A DNA stretch of 64,000 nt from assembly GCA_032718475.1 (NCBI GenBank), contig JAUCBJ010006937.1, positions 183,788-247,787 on the forward strand, written 5' to 3'. This document shows positions 38,629 through 51,827 of this stretch, piece after piece (the stretch's first letter is position 1; the number at the start of each line of letters is the position of its first letter). The notes under the pieces were generated by a model. The model worked only from the letters and a program-made list of their open reading frames with translations. It was not told the origin of the DNA and made no database searches. Source of the stretch: Nemertoderma westbladi. Lineage: Eukaryota > Animalia > Xenacoelomorpha. A program made the position numbers and the translations under genes.

Positions 38629-40090
38629 ATAACATACCTCAGAAAAACATGGCACTAACATACATCAGTAACATGGCACTAACATACCTCAGTAACATTA
38701 TGGCACTAACACACCTCAGTAACATTATGGCACTAACATACCTCAGTAACATGGCACTAACACACCTTAGTAACATTATGGCACTAACATACCTCAGTAA
38801 CATGGCACTAACATACATCAGTAACATGGCACTAACATACATCAGTAACATGGCACTAACATACCTCAGTAACATTATGGCACTAACATACCTCAGTAAC
38901 ATGGCACTAACACACCTCAGTAACATTATGGCACTAACATACCTCAGTAACATTATGGCACTAATATACCTCAGTAACATGGCACTAACATACATCAGTA
39001 ACATGGCACTAACATACATCAGTAACATGGCACTAACACACCTCAGTAACATTATGGCACTAACATACCTCAGTAACATTATGGCACTAATATACCTCAG
39101 TAACATGGCACTAACATACATCAGTAACATGGCACTAACACACGTCAGTAACATTATGACACTAACATACCTCAGTAACATTATGGCACTAACATACCTC
39201 AGTAACATTATGGCACTAACATACCTCAGTAACATGGCACTAACATACATCAGTAACATGGCACTAACATACGTCAGTAACATTATGGCACTAACATACC
39301 TCAGTAACATTATGGCACTAACATACCTCAGTAACATGGCACTAACATACATCAGTAACATGGCACTAACATACATCAGTAACATTATGACACTAACATA
39401 CCTCAGTTACATGGCACTAACATACATCAGTAACATGGCACTCACATACCTCAGTAACATTATGGCACTAACACACCTCAGTAACATTATGGCACTAACA
39501 TACCTCAGTAACATGGCACTAACACACCTTAGTAACATTATGGCACTAACATACCTCAGTAACATGGCACTAACATACATCAGTAACATGGCACTAACAT
39601 ACATCAGTAACATGGCACTAACATACCTCAGTAACATTATGGCACTAACATACCTCAGTAACATTGCACTAACACACCTCAGTAACATTATGGCACTAAC
39701 ATACCTCAGTAACATTATGGCACTAATATACCTCAGTAACATGGCACTAACATACATCAGTAACATGGCACTAACATACATCAGTAACATGGCACTAACA
39801 CACCTCAGTAACATTATGGCACTAACATACCTCAGTAACATTATGGCACTAATATACCTCAGTAACATGGCACTAACATACATCAGTAACATGGCACTAA
39901 CATACAACAGTAACACGGCACTAACATACATCAGTAACATGGCACTAACATACCTCAGTAACATTATGGCACTAATATACCTCAGTAACATGGCACTTAC
40001 ATACTTCAGTAACATTACGGCAGCGGCACTAACATACCTCAGTAACATTATGGCACTGACATACCTCAGTAACATTATGGCACTAACATA
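38629..40090. repeat. 24/27-bp minisatellite ATGGCACTAACATACMTCAGTAAC(ATT), about 57 units
   Basis: Directly visible; degenerate units resume at 40955-40990 after a MITE. Confidence 0.97.
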
Positions 40091-40954
40091 CACCATGTCC
40101 TGGAATATAGTGTCGTTATTCAGGTACCTGCCCCCCCCCCCCCCAAATTTTTCTACAAATCTTAATGAGATTGCATGAAATATGAAACAGATAATTTCAC
40201 CTGCCTCCTCCTTGCTGGGTGAGCCAGAATTTTTATTTTCGCTTTCATTCTTTAGCTACAAGCGTTTGAAAAAAGGTGTCTCCGATGAAATTGCACAAGT
40301 CACACCACAGTTATTATTCAAAGGTTTAGTGATTTGTTGGTACTAGTGGAAATCTGACCGCGCAAGGATTCAAAATATGTGAATTTGGTTGGGAAATAGC
40401 TGAGATATGGGCATTCGAATTTTGCATGTATTTGCTTGCGCTGCAGGCCATTTATTCTATTAAATAAATACACAATGTTCGAGAACATTTTGATTATGTA
40501 TGAATATCCATACATAGTATACTAGTAATGTATGTGTAATGTAATGTATACTAGTATTATCATGTAGGCATTGCATTGTTGCCAAGCTACTTAATGAGAT
40601 AAACAAAATGTTCTAGAACATTATATTAAATAGAATAAATTGCCTGCAGCGGAAGCAAATTCATGCAAAATTGGAATGCCCATAGTTATATCCCAACCAA
40701 ATTCAAATAATTTCACATATTTGGAATCCTTGCACGGCCAGCTTTCCACTAGTAGCAACAAATCACTAAAACTTTGAAGTGTAACTGGTGCAATATCGAC
40801 GGAGGCACTTTTTTCAAACGCTTGTAGCTAAAGAATAAAGCGAAAATAAAAATTCAGGCTCACCCAGCAAGGAGGAGGGAGGTGAAACTATCTGTTTCAA
40901 ATTTCATGCAATCTCATGTCACTGAATAACGACACAATATCCCGGGACATGATG
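40091..40954. mobile_element. Long-TIR MITE with TA TSD (Tc1/mariner-type)
   Basis: TA|CACCATGTCCTGGAATAT ... ATATCCCGGGACATGATG|TA; nearly palindromic throughout; inserted at the TA of a satellite unit. Confidence 0.9.
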
Positions 40955-41729
40955 TACCTCTGCAACATGTCATTAACATACCTCAGTTACAATTACTTCA
41001 ATTATGTAGTTAAATTTAGTCATAACATATCACTTTATTTTGGTTATTTATAATATAAATAAGTCAGTCACGGCACATCACGGCACATGTATATATTTCA
41101 ATCTGCATAATATAATAACTCTTATATAACATAAATATCAGTTGACAATATATATACTTTATATATCAACTAATTATATTACATATAACTAACTATACTT
41201 TAGAGGATTATCGTTATATAGTCAGTTACTAACTACAAATCTTGTTTTGTTTCGGTACTTAATTTCGCATTCGTGTGCATTTTAATTATAATTAAGATAA
41301 TTAAGGCGATCAAATCATGTTTTCTATCCAAGACGGGACAATAATACAATACTCAGTTACAGTCAAACGGGGAGTTAAATATAACTATATATTTAATTAA
41401 CTATTAACAATGAATGCCTGGTGTTTGTCTAAGAAACTGCGGCAGTGACAGAACTTTCCTAAGATTCGTTTATTGTTTTGGTTCCTCATGCCTTGCCCAG
41501 TTTTAGTTAATCTCACCGCCCACAATTCGCCCACATTTGAAGAGCCTCTCCAATAAATATCGACATTTATTACTTGTGTACTTTAATCAGTCTTTTCCAC
41601 ACTTTTCCATGTAAACAAACATGGGAGTTTATCGTTTATGTTACAACAGTTTACCGGTAAGATTGTGGTATATTGCTTTGTCATCTTTAAAGCAGTTCAT
41701 CAGTCAGAGAAGTCAGCAGGCGGCAGATC

Positions 41730-42170
41730 AATACGAAAAATACAAGTAGCGCATATTTGATAATCATAAATCATTACCAAATCAACCTGATTTTATGGTC
41801 TTGTGTTTTCTGTGTAGCTGAATTCGTATATGACACTCAAAAATTGCGTTTCTGAACGATTACGGTATTTTTAATGATGTCCCATAGTGGCACGAAAAAT
41901 AAAGTAGCACAAATTAACAATAAATTTGATGGCTACACTTCGGAATTATCCAACCGAATTAAATTTTTGGCAGTTTGAAATTGTACTTGTACTATTCGTC
42001 CTGGAGCACCAAAATGACACCAAAAATGTTGGTTGAAAAAATACATCCTGATCAGCGACTTTCAATGTTTGATTTTTCAACCAAGATCTAAAAAATTTCT
42101 AAAATGACCCCCCCCCCCCCCCCCCCCAGCCAATTACGCAGTAGAAACAGCCCGGGACAGATTTGGTTAA
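41730..42170. mobile_element. TTAA-type element remnant
   Basis: TGACCCC C-run and CCCGGG..GGTTAA end resemble the right end of 18244-19816. Confidence 0.4.
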
Positions 42171-43850
42171 ACTTAATTGTATTAACTGATTGTAAATCAA
42201 AATGTACAGTCCTAACATCCAGTATAGATATACGGTTTTGTTAAAATATAATAAAATATACCAGAAAGCAGAGGGGTTGTTTTTGGAAAATAAAAAAAAG
42301 AATTAGCTGTTTTAGATGCAAAAAATATACAAATTTTGGGCCCAGATGTATTGACCAATTACCTACTATGTGTACTGCTACTACTGTATCAGTACACTGA
42401 CCAATTACCTGCTATGTCTACTGTTGGACGTTGATGTACTATTACGTAACATACTTCTCTTTATTTTCACATTTTATTGCCACATAGGATTCTGCACATT
42501 CGTTTATCCTATATTAAATATTAATATGGACACTTCCCGAATTAATCCCGTAAATATTTTAAAATTAATAACCTGAAAAAACCAGAATGGTTTTTTGGCC
42601 ATTTATTCAAAATGAAAAACGTAGAGAAACACGGTTTTGGAATATAAGTGCCGCACTGTGCTAAACCCTGAATGACTTAAGACTTCCTACCTGGAGGTCA
42701 TCAGTTCGATCTCACTAGAAGAACTGCTGTGGCTGCAAGTGAAGGCTGCTGCAAAGAGCATTAAGACCAATCGTGCCAGTGGAGTAGATGGTGTTCCCCC
42801 TGCGTGTTTAAAGCTCATCTATCCCACCATAGTAGACATGTACAGAACAACAAGAGTCCCACAATAAATGAAAACAAATAAGTTGGTGCCAGTTCCCAAG
42901 AAGGGCAACCTAACACTAACACTATGGATATTTTCGGGGAATCTCATTGATCTCGATTGCTGCAAAGCTTTACAATAAAATTCTATTAAATCGCATCAGG
43001 GATCCCATTGAGAGACTGCTCCGTGGAAATCAGAATGGGTTCCGTAAAGGTCGTGGGACCATGGAGCCCATTTTGGCACTTAGAAGGATAATTTAAGAGT
43101 TATCAAAAAAGAAAGACAGGCATCTGGCTGTTATCTTTGTTGACTTCTTCAAGGCCTTTGATTCAGTCTCTCGCTCATGTTCAGCATACTTTCATTGTAT
43201 GGGATTCCTGATGAAATTATTGCAGCAATCAGATCAGTATACGATGGTTCGACAACATTTGTGTCTACTGTTGATAGTGACACATAACCATTTGAAGTGT
43301 TATGGGGCGTCGTCCACGGAGACACACTTGCACCATTCTTGTTCATAATTGTGGTTGACTATGTTCTACGTATGTCCTTAGATCATCACAATGATGATGG
43401 AGTGATGGTAACTCCACTACTGACTACTCTCAGAATCACTAGAGGGAGCCCAACGGCTCCTCAGCTCATTAGAACAGGCTACTTCTAGTGTTGGTCTTTT
43501 TATTAACTCCAAAAAGACCATAATTTTGACAGTTAACTTTGAAAGTTCTCAGCAAGTCTCTGACCGGATGAACATAAGCTCAAAGGATGGTATGCTTGAG
43601 CATGTGGACGACTTCTGTTACCTGGGATCATGGATCCGGAAGTCAGGTGAGGACCTTCGAATACGTAAGGGAAAGGTATGGGCAGCCTTGAATAGGCTTT
43701 CCAGGATTTGGAAGTCACCGAGAATTAATCGGAAACTTAAGGTCCGATTATTTAGAGCAGCAGCAGTAGTTCCAGTACTCCTCTATAAGTTTTTGAAAGG
43801 ACGTAGGGCTTAAGGGGTCTTAACACCACGAGTTAAAATAAATAGAGTTT

Positions 43851-43888
43851 GCCGACAGCCGTTTCACCCTCACGGGCTTCTTCAGGGC
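43851..43888 (-). ncRNA. Minimal type I hammerhead ribozyme
   Basis: Minus strand GCC-CUGAAGA-A-GCCC GUGA GGGU-GAAA-C GGCU G-UC^GGC: full catalytic core, stems I and II, and the 1-bp stem III typical of Penelope hammerheads. Confidence 0.88.
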
Positions 43889-44547
43889 TAATATATAAAA
43901 TGTTAAAGCAATACAATTATTTTAAAAAAAGATACATACAAATTTAGAACCTACGGAATTGAGGATGGCACTTAATAGTAAAGTATTAATACAGAAATCG
44001 AACGAAGTAAGTAGTGACAGGCAGGTCTGAAATTTAAAATTAAATACTAATTTAAAATCTTGAAAAGCAATTAAAACTTTCAAACGGGTGGTGAATGCAG
44101 TAGGTAGACTGTCGGAATATTAAGAGACGGTAAGATAACGTAATGCAAATGCACGTATAGGATAGGTACTACTGAAGTGCTGTAATTAGGCCTCATAGTA
44201 ATTAATGCGCAACTACATATAACAGCAGCACTATGACCGCGGTACAACTGTAGTACGTCCGCAGTACAGCAGTAATATGACTGCCGGTACGCCTGTGGTA
44301 CCCAATGAATGACAAAAATACAAATACACATACTGTAGGACAGGTACTGTAAGTAGGCCGTACAATAAGGTTAGTGGGGCACCAATACAGTACATTCTGT
44401 ATAACGTCATAAGGCAGACACAAAATGGTTCGTACTGAATCGTGCAATAAACATAAACTGGTGGTTTAATATGCACATACAGTACTTTCAATGTACTAAT
44501 GTACTGTATGACAAAAATGTAGCGAGGTAGTTGAATTTGGACCAAAG

Positions 44548-44865
44548 AAAATAAGTGACTGTAAAATTAAAGCAATGTAACGGGGAGTTCAATATGCACG
44601 GGGTGGTTCCAAAAAAACAATGTAACGGGGTGGTTCAATGTGCACCTAAAATAAGTAGGTGACTGTAAAATAAAAACAATTTAACGGGGTAGTTCAAAAA
44701 TAAGTAGGTGACTGTAAAATAAAAACAATTTAACGGGGTAGTTCAAAAATAAGTAGGTGACTGTAAAATAAAAACAATTTCACGGGGTAGTTCAATATGC
44801 AACTAAAATAAGTAAGTGACTGTAAAATAAAAACAATTTAACGGGGTAGTTCAATATGCAACTAA
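44548..44865. repeat. About 50-62-bp tandem repeats in the Penelope 3' UTR
   Basis: AAAATAAGTAGGTGACTGTAAAATAAAAACAATTTAACGGGGTAGTTCAA x5-6. Confidence 0.9.
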
Positions 44866-47800
44866 TAAAACTTGGATATATGTATTTTGAATTAAATAAG
44901 TGAAATAAATTTGAAAGATGTGAACGAAGGGTCGTGGAATTAAGTCTGTGGACGCTGCTTGTTCAAAGGAGGGTTGTACAAGTGTATGTAGAGCGCTTCA
45001 GCACTGAGACGGTCCCAATCGCGCCTGTACTGCTTGAAGGCTGTGACAGTGTACTGTGGGCATTGCGCAAAGTGTTCAAGTAGATGGTCCTCCTGGCCAG
45101 TGCTAGGAGCGCCCTGGCGGTGCTGTCGCACATTGAATCGGTGGCCATTGAGGCGATTGTGCAGTTTCTGCTCGGTTTCGCCAATGTAGTATTGGTCCGG
45201 GTGTTGGGTGCAGGATAGGTAATATAAAATATTGTGAGACTTGCAGGTGAACGCTCCACCTACACGTTCACCCCAGGGAGTGGTTGTATTGTTCGCGATT
45301 TCTTTACACGTGCAGCACGAGCTCACATTGCAAGGGACGTTTCCACTGTGTGTCGGTTTTTCACGTTTCCTGATGAGCTTGTTTCCGAGTGTTGGAAGGT
45401 TGCGAGTCGTTAGTTTAAGGTCGATGCCGTAGGAGTCTAGGAGCCGCCTATACCGCAAAAGTAGCTGCTTAATGGAGGGTTGAAAGTGTAGTAATATAGG
45501 GAGATAGATTGGGTGTTTCTGATGGGGCGGTGGTGTGAGCTTGGTTGTATGGGTAGGTGGGTCCCAGAAGTGCAACGGGAGTAAAAAGTCCAGGGGGTAG
45601 CCTCTATCCGCGCATTGTTCAAGGTATTTAATGCACTGGTCTTGGTACGCCTGTAACGTGGAGGATAAACGACGGAACCGAGTGAGTTGGGCTTTAACGA
45701 TAGACTGGAGTGTTTGTTTGTTGTGAAAACTGGTATAGTGGATGGGGAGTTTATTGGAAGTTGGTTTGGTGTAAACGGCGGTTTGTATAGCGTTGTTCCT
45801 ATGTGCGATGGTGAGGTCGAGGTAATTAATTGAGGTGTTCGATGATTCCATGGTAAACTGGATGGCCGGGTCGTTGTATAATTCTAGGGATGCGCGGTTG
45901 TAACGGTCTAGTAGGGTAGATAGTTGGTCCTGATCTACAATGCGGTCGCAGAGCAAGTAATGGTCGTCTACAAAGAAGGTAAAGAACACACAACTAATGA
46001 GGGTAACGCCAAGAAGTGACTATGTATTCGAGCTATACTAAGGATCGAATAGGAAACGCCATAGTTACTCCCCATCGCAGACCCTATCTTTTGAACGTAA
46101 TAAGAATTTCGATAGCGGAAGTAATTGTGAGTTAGTAGGTATCGAAGTATGATCTCAAAGTGCTGTATGGTGAATGGGGAACGCACAGGCAGTGTTGAAT
46201 CTTCCTTGAGGCATTGGAGTGTAGCTTGGATCCCCAAGTCATGAGGTATCGAGGTGAACATGTCCACCACATCCAGAGCAATGAATGTTACACCCGTCGA
46301 GCCAGTTCGTGTTGGGTGAACCCTAGCAAAGTGCATGGAGCTCTCAATGTAGTTCGCTGACTGTTGTACGAGTGGTTGTAAATACCGGTTAAGTAGTTTA
46401 CCTAAAGGTGTGAAAAATGCATTGGTGTTCGATATTATAGGACGGGCTTTTGGTATTAGGCCACCATTGAGTGAAGGAAGCCATTGTTCACGCGGTTTGT
46501 GGTCCTTTAGTGTGATAAAAGGATAGCCAATGTCAAATGTTGGGGGGAATAGGTGGGCTTTAATGTCATTATTAGAGCCGAGATCGAGTTTTGCGATAAC
46601 TTTTCGGAGCTCAGCTCGAAATCGTGACGACGGATCCCTCTCCAATTTGCAATAAACGGCAGAGTCATCAAGAATGCGCTGTATAGCATGATGCTTATCA
46701 GCTTGGTCGACGATAATAATGTTGCCTTGTAATTGTCACCTTGTAAAAACGCTATCGAAGGGTTCTTGCTAAGTGTAAATAGCGCCGATCTCTGTGATCT
46801 GTTGAGATTGGGCTTGACCCTAGAGTTTAGCTGTTTAAGATTAGTGCAACTGACTGTGACATGTAGGTCCTCAATCAGCTGCTCGACCACAGCATTCTCA
46901 GATCTGGGAGGAAGATAACGAGGGCGTCGGTAGAATGGAATGTCATTAGGTGGGACACGAGGTGTGTCGCGTACGATGTGGGTTAAATCATGGTTAGGGA
47001 TGTGGTTTAATCTGGATGAACGGCGAGTTTTCCTAAGCGAGCTTGCCGATGTTGAACGCGTGACAATGCATTGTGAAACCTCCACGATCTCCTCCACTTT
47101 ATCAGCTTCCTCTTGTATCGTTTCGGCCGCGTTGGTGGGACTGGCAGTGAATAATCTTCGGCGTGATTTTCTCTGGCCCGGTGCAGTTGTTGGCGGCGGC
47201 ACCGTTATAATTGTACGCGTCGGAAGTTCCGGCTGGGGGGTAGGAACGAACGGTCCAGGTATGAGCACCCTAACCGGGGTTCGGGAGTTGCAGGTCCCGG
47301 TGCATTCCGACCACTCGGTACCGTATTATCCGAGTTTACATCGGTAATCTCGAATAGCTCCTTCTTAAGTTTGTTCCGGATCTTTGCTGCTGCTGTGGTA
47401 ATAGCAATATGCGCTTCCATTTGGTCTCTCACTGTAGCTGGTTTGCTTGGAATAAAATTGTAACCCAAGCCGAGGAGCTCAGTTTGCGTTTCCGTCAACT
47501 GCACAGTTGAAATGTTCACAACTGGAATAACTGAAGTTGTCTTCCGGAGCATTGCAGTTGTCGTACTTGTGGCAGTTGCCAAATCATTCTGAGTGGATAT
47601 TTGATCACCGTTCTGTGATGCTCCAGTCGAGTCGGAATAGCGAAGTGGGAAAGGAACGCGTGGGATAAGGTGCGGGATAACCGACATGGCCCGGTACCCC
47701 TGTTGGAAATCAAACTTGTAGCGGTGACGTTGGACAGTAACACTAAGCTCGCGTTGTTGCACCCGTGCGATATGGAATTCCAAGTAGTGTAGGGATATGA

Positions 47801-49999
47801 AGTTGTTGGTGTCGATGGAGTGTTGCTGGAGGCGACGTACGTGGTTAAAACATAAGTTCTCGGTTCGACATAACCTCCTGTACAAATTATCGATTTCTAC
47901 TGATAGGATCCGCTTAACTAGCATCCTGTGGAGTAGTGGATAGTGTTCGAGAATGGCGGCAGTGTGTTGCATGATATAAAACTCTATTTATTTTAACTCG
48001 TGGTGTTAAGACCCCTTAAGCCCTACGTCCTTTCAAAAACTTATATGGCAACCACACCACGCCGGGCGTCATTCCGTAATATTAGTACTCATCTATGGGA
48101 GTCCATGCTGGGCTCTAACTGCTGAGGACACCAAATCTCTGGATGGCACATTCACAAGAATGCTACGCCAGGTTCATTGTGTCAAGTACAATGCACACAT
48201 CTGCAACCAGACTCTATCTAACATTGGAGGTGTCTCATTGGTTCCCCCAAGCTTGACACTAGAACAAAGCCGCCTCCGCTTTGTAGGACATTGCTTTCGC
48301 CGTGAGGACCAGCCAGTGCTTGGCAGCCTCATGGAGTGAATAAGCATGGTGGATAGCCCATGACATTCTTGAGACGCATCTTAAAGGACACTGGCCTTGA
48401 AGATGCGGATGATCTAGCAAATGTCATGGGTGATAGCTGATAGGGAGTTGTGGCGGCGCAATGTTGTCGACAAGCCGGCACAGCATTCTTAAAAATGCAG
48501 CTGCAATGCAGCATGCCGATCCTAGAAGTAGTAATAAAGTTCTATATAAGAACCTGTTTGGGTTCCAAACTGTAAAGATATTGGCATGTTATTCTAACCA
48601 AAATAATAAACAAGGGACAGGGTCAATTTCACAGAATACAGTTTCATTTTTGCTCGTATTCAGCTGTTTGTTGCATCGATTTTCCACTGGTTGGGTTTAA
48701 TTTTAATTGCGTCAGAATTTCCCCCTAACTGCTTAAATTTTAATGCGAATTTGGTAGAAGTTCGGGTTACACTTTTATACCAATAGCTAGAACACTACAG
48801 TATACTACGTAGGTATACGTTAGACCATCTTTATAAAGATAGGGTGATGGTAACACCCCCTACTAAGTACAAGAAGTAGAGGAAATCCAGCAAAGTACCT
48901 TACTGATCTAGACTTTGCCGATGACGTAGGACTTAGGGGTACTGTCAGAATCACTAGAGGGAACTCAAAGGCCCCTCCCCTCATTGGAGCAGGTTGCTTC
49001 CAGTGTTGGTCATTTTGTAAACTCCAAGACCAAAATAATGATAGTGAAACTAGACAGCTCTCAAGAAATGTCTGATCGAAAGGCCATAAGCTCTAGGGAC
49101 GGCTTGCTGAGCACGTGGATGACTTCTGCTACTTGGGATCATGGATCAGAAAGTCAGGTGAAAACCTTCTGATACGTAATGGAAAGGCATGGGCAGCGTT
49201 AAATAGTCCAGTCCGTCCAGGATTTGGAAGTCCCATAGAATAAGACGGAACTTTAAGGTTCGATAATTTATGACAGCAGTAGTACCAGTACTCTTATATG
49301 CGAGTCCAAGCTGGGCTCTAACTGCAGAAGATACCAAATCTCTGGATGGCATTTTCACAATAATGCTGCGCCGGGTTCACTCTGTCAAATACAATACACA
49401 CTCTCCAATCAGACTCTATATAACATTGGAGGTGTTACATTAGTCTCTCCTAGCTTGATATTGACACTTGATTGGAACCGCCTCCGCTTTGCAGGACATT
49501 GCTTTCGCCGTGAGGACCAGCCTGTGCACAAACTTGTGCTTTGGCAGCCCCATGGAGAAAATAAGCATGGTTGATAGCCCATGACTTTCTTGAGACGCAT
49601 CTTAAAGGACACTGGCCTTGAAGAGGCGGATGATCTAGCAAATGTCATGGGTGATAGGTAGGGATGGTACCGGAACCGGGATTTTGGTTCAAGCCGGAAC
49701 CGAAATTGTAAATGTCGGAATATTCCGGCCGGAACCGAAATTTCCATAAGATAAAGCCTGGGTCCCAAAGGATCCAGGTAATAGGTAGGAGGTGGGGGGG
49801 GGGGGGGGGTCTTACATTTTATTGCTTCAATAATTATTTGCAAAATACAGTCATTGTATGAAAAGTAACACTTTTCATCAGTCTCCAGATACAACATCTC
49901 CAGCTACAACATCTCCAGCTACATGAGTCGAGTGTTTATATACAGAATGAGAAAAGCGATTTAAATATTCTCACTACCGTAACAAAAGCTAGTAAACAT

Positions 50000-50203
50000 T
50001 CAGCCGAAGCCGGAGGCGACCCAAAGGCTCCTCTTTCGATAGCTGCAACCCGAAGGAAGGGGTGGAAGCTATATTATACAAGTTTTTCAGCCAGTGCATA
50101 TTTTATCGACCGCAGAGGATGAAAGACTGAATGGAGCCAGGCTGGGCTCGAACCTTTAACCAATAGATTGTCTAAACCTGGTGCTCAACCAACTTAGCTA
50201 ACC
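50000..50203 (-). mobile_element. tRNA-derived Meta-type SINE
   Basis: A box TAGCTAAGTTGG, B box GGTTCGAGCCC, core TCAGTCTTTCATCCTCTGCGGTCGATAAAAT, structured 3' tail. Confidence 0.78.
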
Positions 50204-50379
50204 TTGTAAAGTTTACTAAAGCAATAAAAGTTTATAGGTATTTTAAATTAGACTTTTTTCACTTTTCGACATACAATGAGTGACACGTTCGTGGGGCCTT
50301 CGCGCAGCACGAGAGCCTATATTAGAAAGTGCCGTACTGTAAACTAAACTCTATTAGATGTACGAAAACCGTCTTTCTC

Positions 50380-50893
50380 AAAATATATATAAGTGATTGC
50401 GATGCTATCAAGATCATCCGAAAAAAACAAGTTTGATACCCCTGGTGCACCGCGTATATATTCCATCGAAACCAGAACACCAAAAAACGCTTATTGCGCA
50501 AAAAATAGGTTCAAACAATCAATTTACAAAATTTACATATTTCAAAATTTGGTGCTGGCACAAAAATTTGGCACCCGCCGAAAAAAAACAAGTTTGAAAT
50601 TTCTAAATTAATTTATATGAATTCCATCTAATTGCAAACACAAAAAAACCGGTGTAAATCAAAAACAAAGATGTTACAAATCATATTTCATGCAATGTAA
50701 TTTTCAAAAAACGCCTCAAAAAAAGTGCCAAAAGTAGGGTTAAAAAATGGTGCTATATCTCGAAAACTTCCAAATAATTTTGAAAACCGTTTTCACTATT
50801 AGGAAGACAATAGATTTTTGGAAAAGTCATGAAATTTCCGATTTCCAACTGCGTTTGTTTCAGAGTTATAACAAATAGGTTTAATAGTGTTAA
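50380..50893. mobile_element. Partial second copy of the piggyBac-like element
   Basis: Matches 19305-19820 and ends TAATAGTG-TTAA. Confidence 0.85.
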
Positions 50894-51827
50894 ACAATAC
50901 TTTTGTAAAATGCACCATTTTTTAGAGTTCTGAACCGAGTGGGTTTATTACACGGTCCTCAGCGACTGTTATAAGAAAACGAGAATCTTAACGCTAAAAA
51001 GTAAAATTTTCGCAAAAGTATCTTATATGTAATTTTTTCTACTTCTATCAACTTTTGCAGTTCTAGTAAGCTATCTTTCCAATAACAATGAGGGGGATAT
51101 TATGTCCATCAACGCGGGATGTATTGTAATTCATTTAACTACAGTTGGTACCCTTAACGTTTAGTTTTTGACTTATTATAATTAGTTATGTGTATGTTGG
51201 GCGGGCATAGTGGTCACGGTCTGTATTTGCTTTTCCAATTCTTTCAGAATGGAGAAAAGTATTGTAAATAATAGTTTTCACGTGATGATTCTGTATTTTA
51301 GTGCAACAAAAAATGTGAGTATGATTTTTTTGTATATGTATCCTTGGCTTGATTGTTTTGTACGGATAAATTTAAGTATTTCGTAAACGCTTCACCTATC
51401 ACTATTTCACCGCCAGTTGTTGTACCTTGTACATCATTATCCATATTTTAGTTGGTATAACTGAGATATTGTAGTTGAAATATATAGCTATAATAGGTTC
51501 TAGAACCAAATAGCTTTTCCTCGCCAGAGTTGCAAAAAGATTGAATTTTATGAACCAATAACAATTTTTCTCGAACTGAATAAACTGTGCTCCGAGTAAA
51601 ATACTTTAATAATTAATAATAAATTATGTCAATTTGTTTTAGTAAACTTTTCAATTGGACGTTAAAACTCTGTAACCTTTTATTTGAATCGATCGTTTTC
51701 AAAAACATTCTATCATTCCATGCGCCTTGCTCTTTACTGAAAGTGGCTTTTCTTGGTATATGTTATTGTTGTTATTCATTACTTAAAAGTTAAAATATAA
51801 AGTTTTAATCCAAAAATAATACTAATA

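Larger units (their letters stand above)
43787..48083 (-). mobile_element. Penelope-like retroelement (Neptune type): RT plus GIY-YIG endonuclease, 3 frameshifts, ORF 5'-truncated
   Basis: Coding 47972-44940: NIS...LT.....LL.LG.NF.P, NL...Q..AL..L..N, DVVDMFTSIPH, Q..GSAMGS, FVDD, NYLDL, VYTKPT, linker CNVSSCCTC, NILY...YYIGET...R..GH. 13-bp TSD AGTACTC(C/A)TCTAT. Confidence 0.93.
42640..48535 (+). mobile_element. RTE LINE family B copy split by the Penelope element (42640-43786 and 48084-48535)
   Basis: Homologous to 23487-25113; reading VVPVLLY|GSPCWALT resumes after the insert; TAG-type tail at about 48523-48535. Confidence 0.92.

Noticed and set aside
38589-40178. 529-aa ORF, antisense ORFs, and a CRISPR-like appearance
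   Set aside because: Pure tandem repeat with no unique spacers and no cas genes. The ORFs follow from unit lengths divisible by 3, and the plus ORF ends inside a MITE.
47995-48035. CTTAAGCCCTA resembling a pistol ribozyme segment
   Set aside because: The P1 hairpin with the complementary pseudoknot loop is absent.
23903-50203. Three tRNA-like sequences (24090-24174, 29830-29895, 50135-50203)
   Set aside because: They have A/B boxes but no cloverleaf, and each continues into a SINE body and tail.
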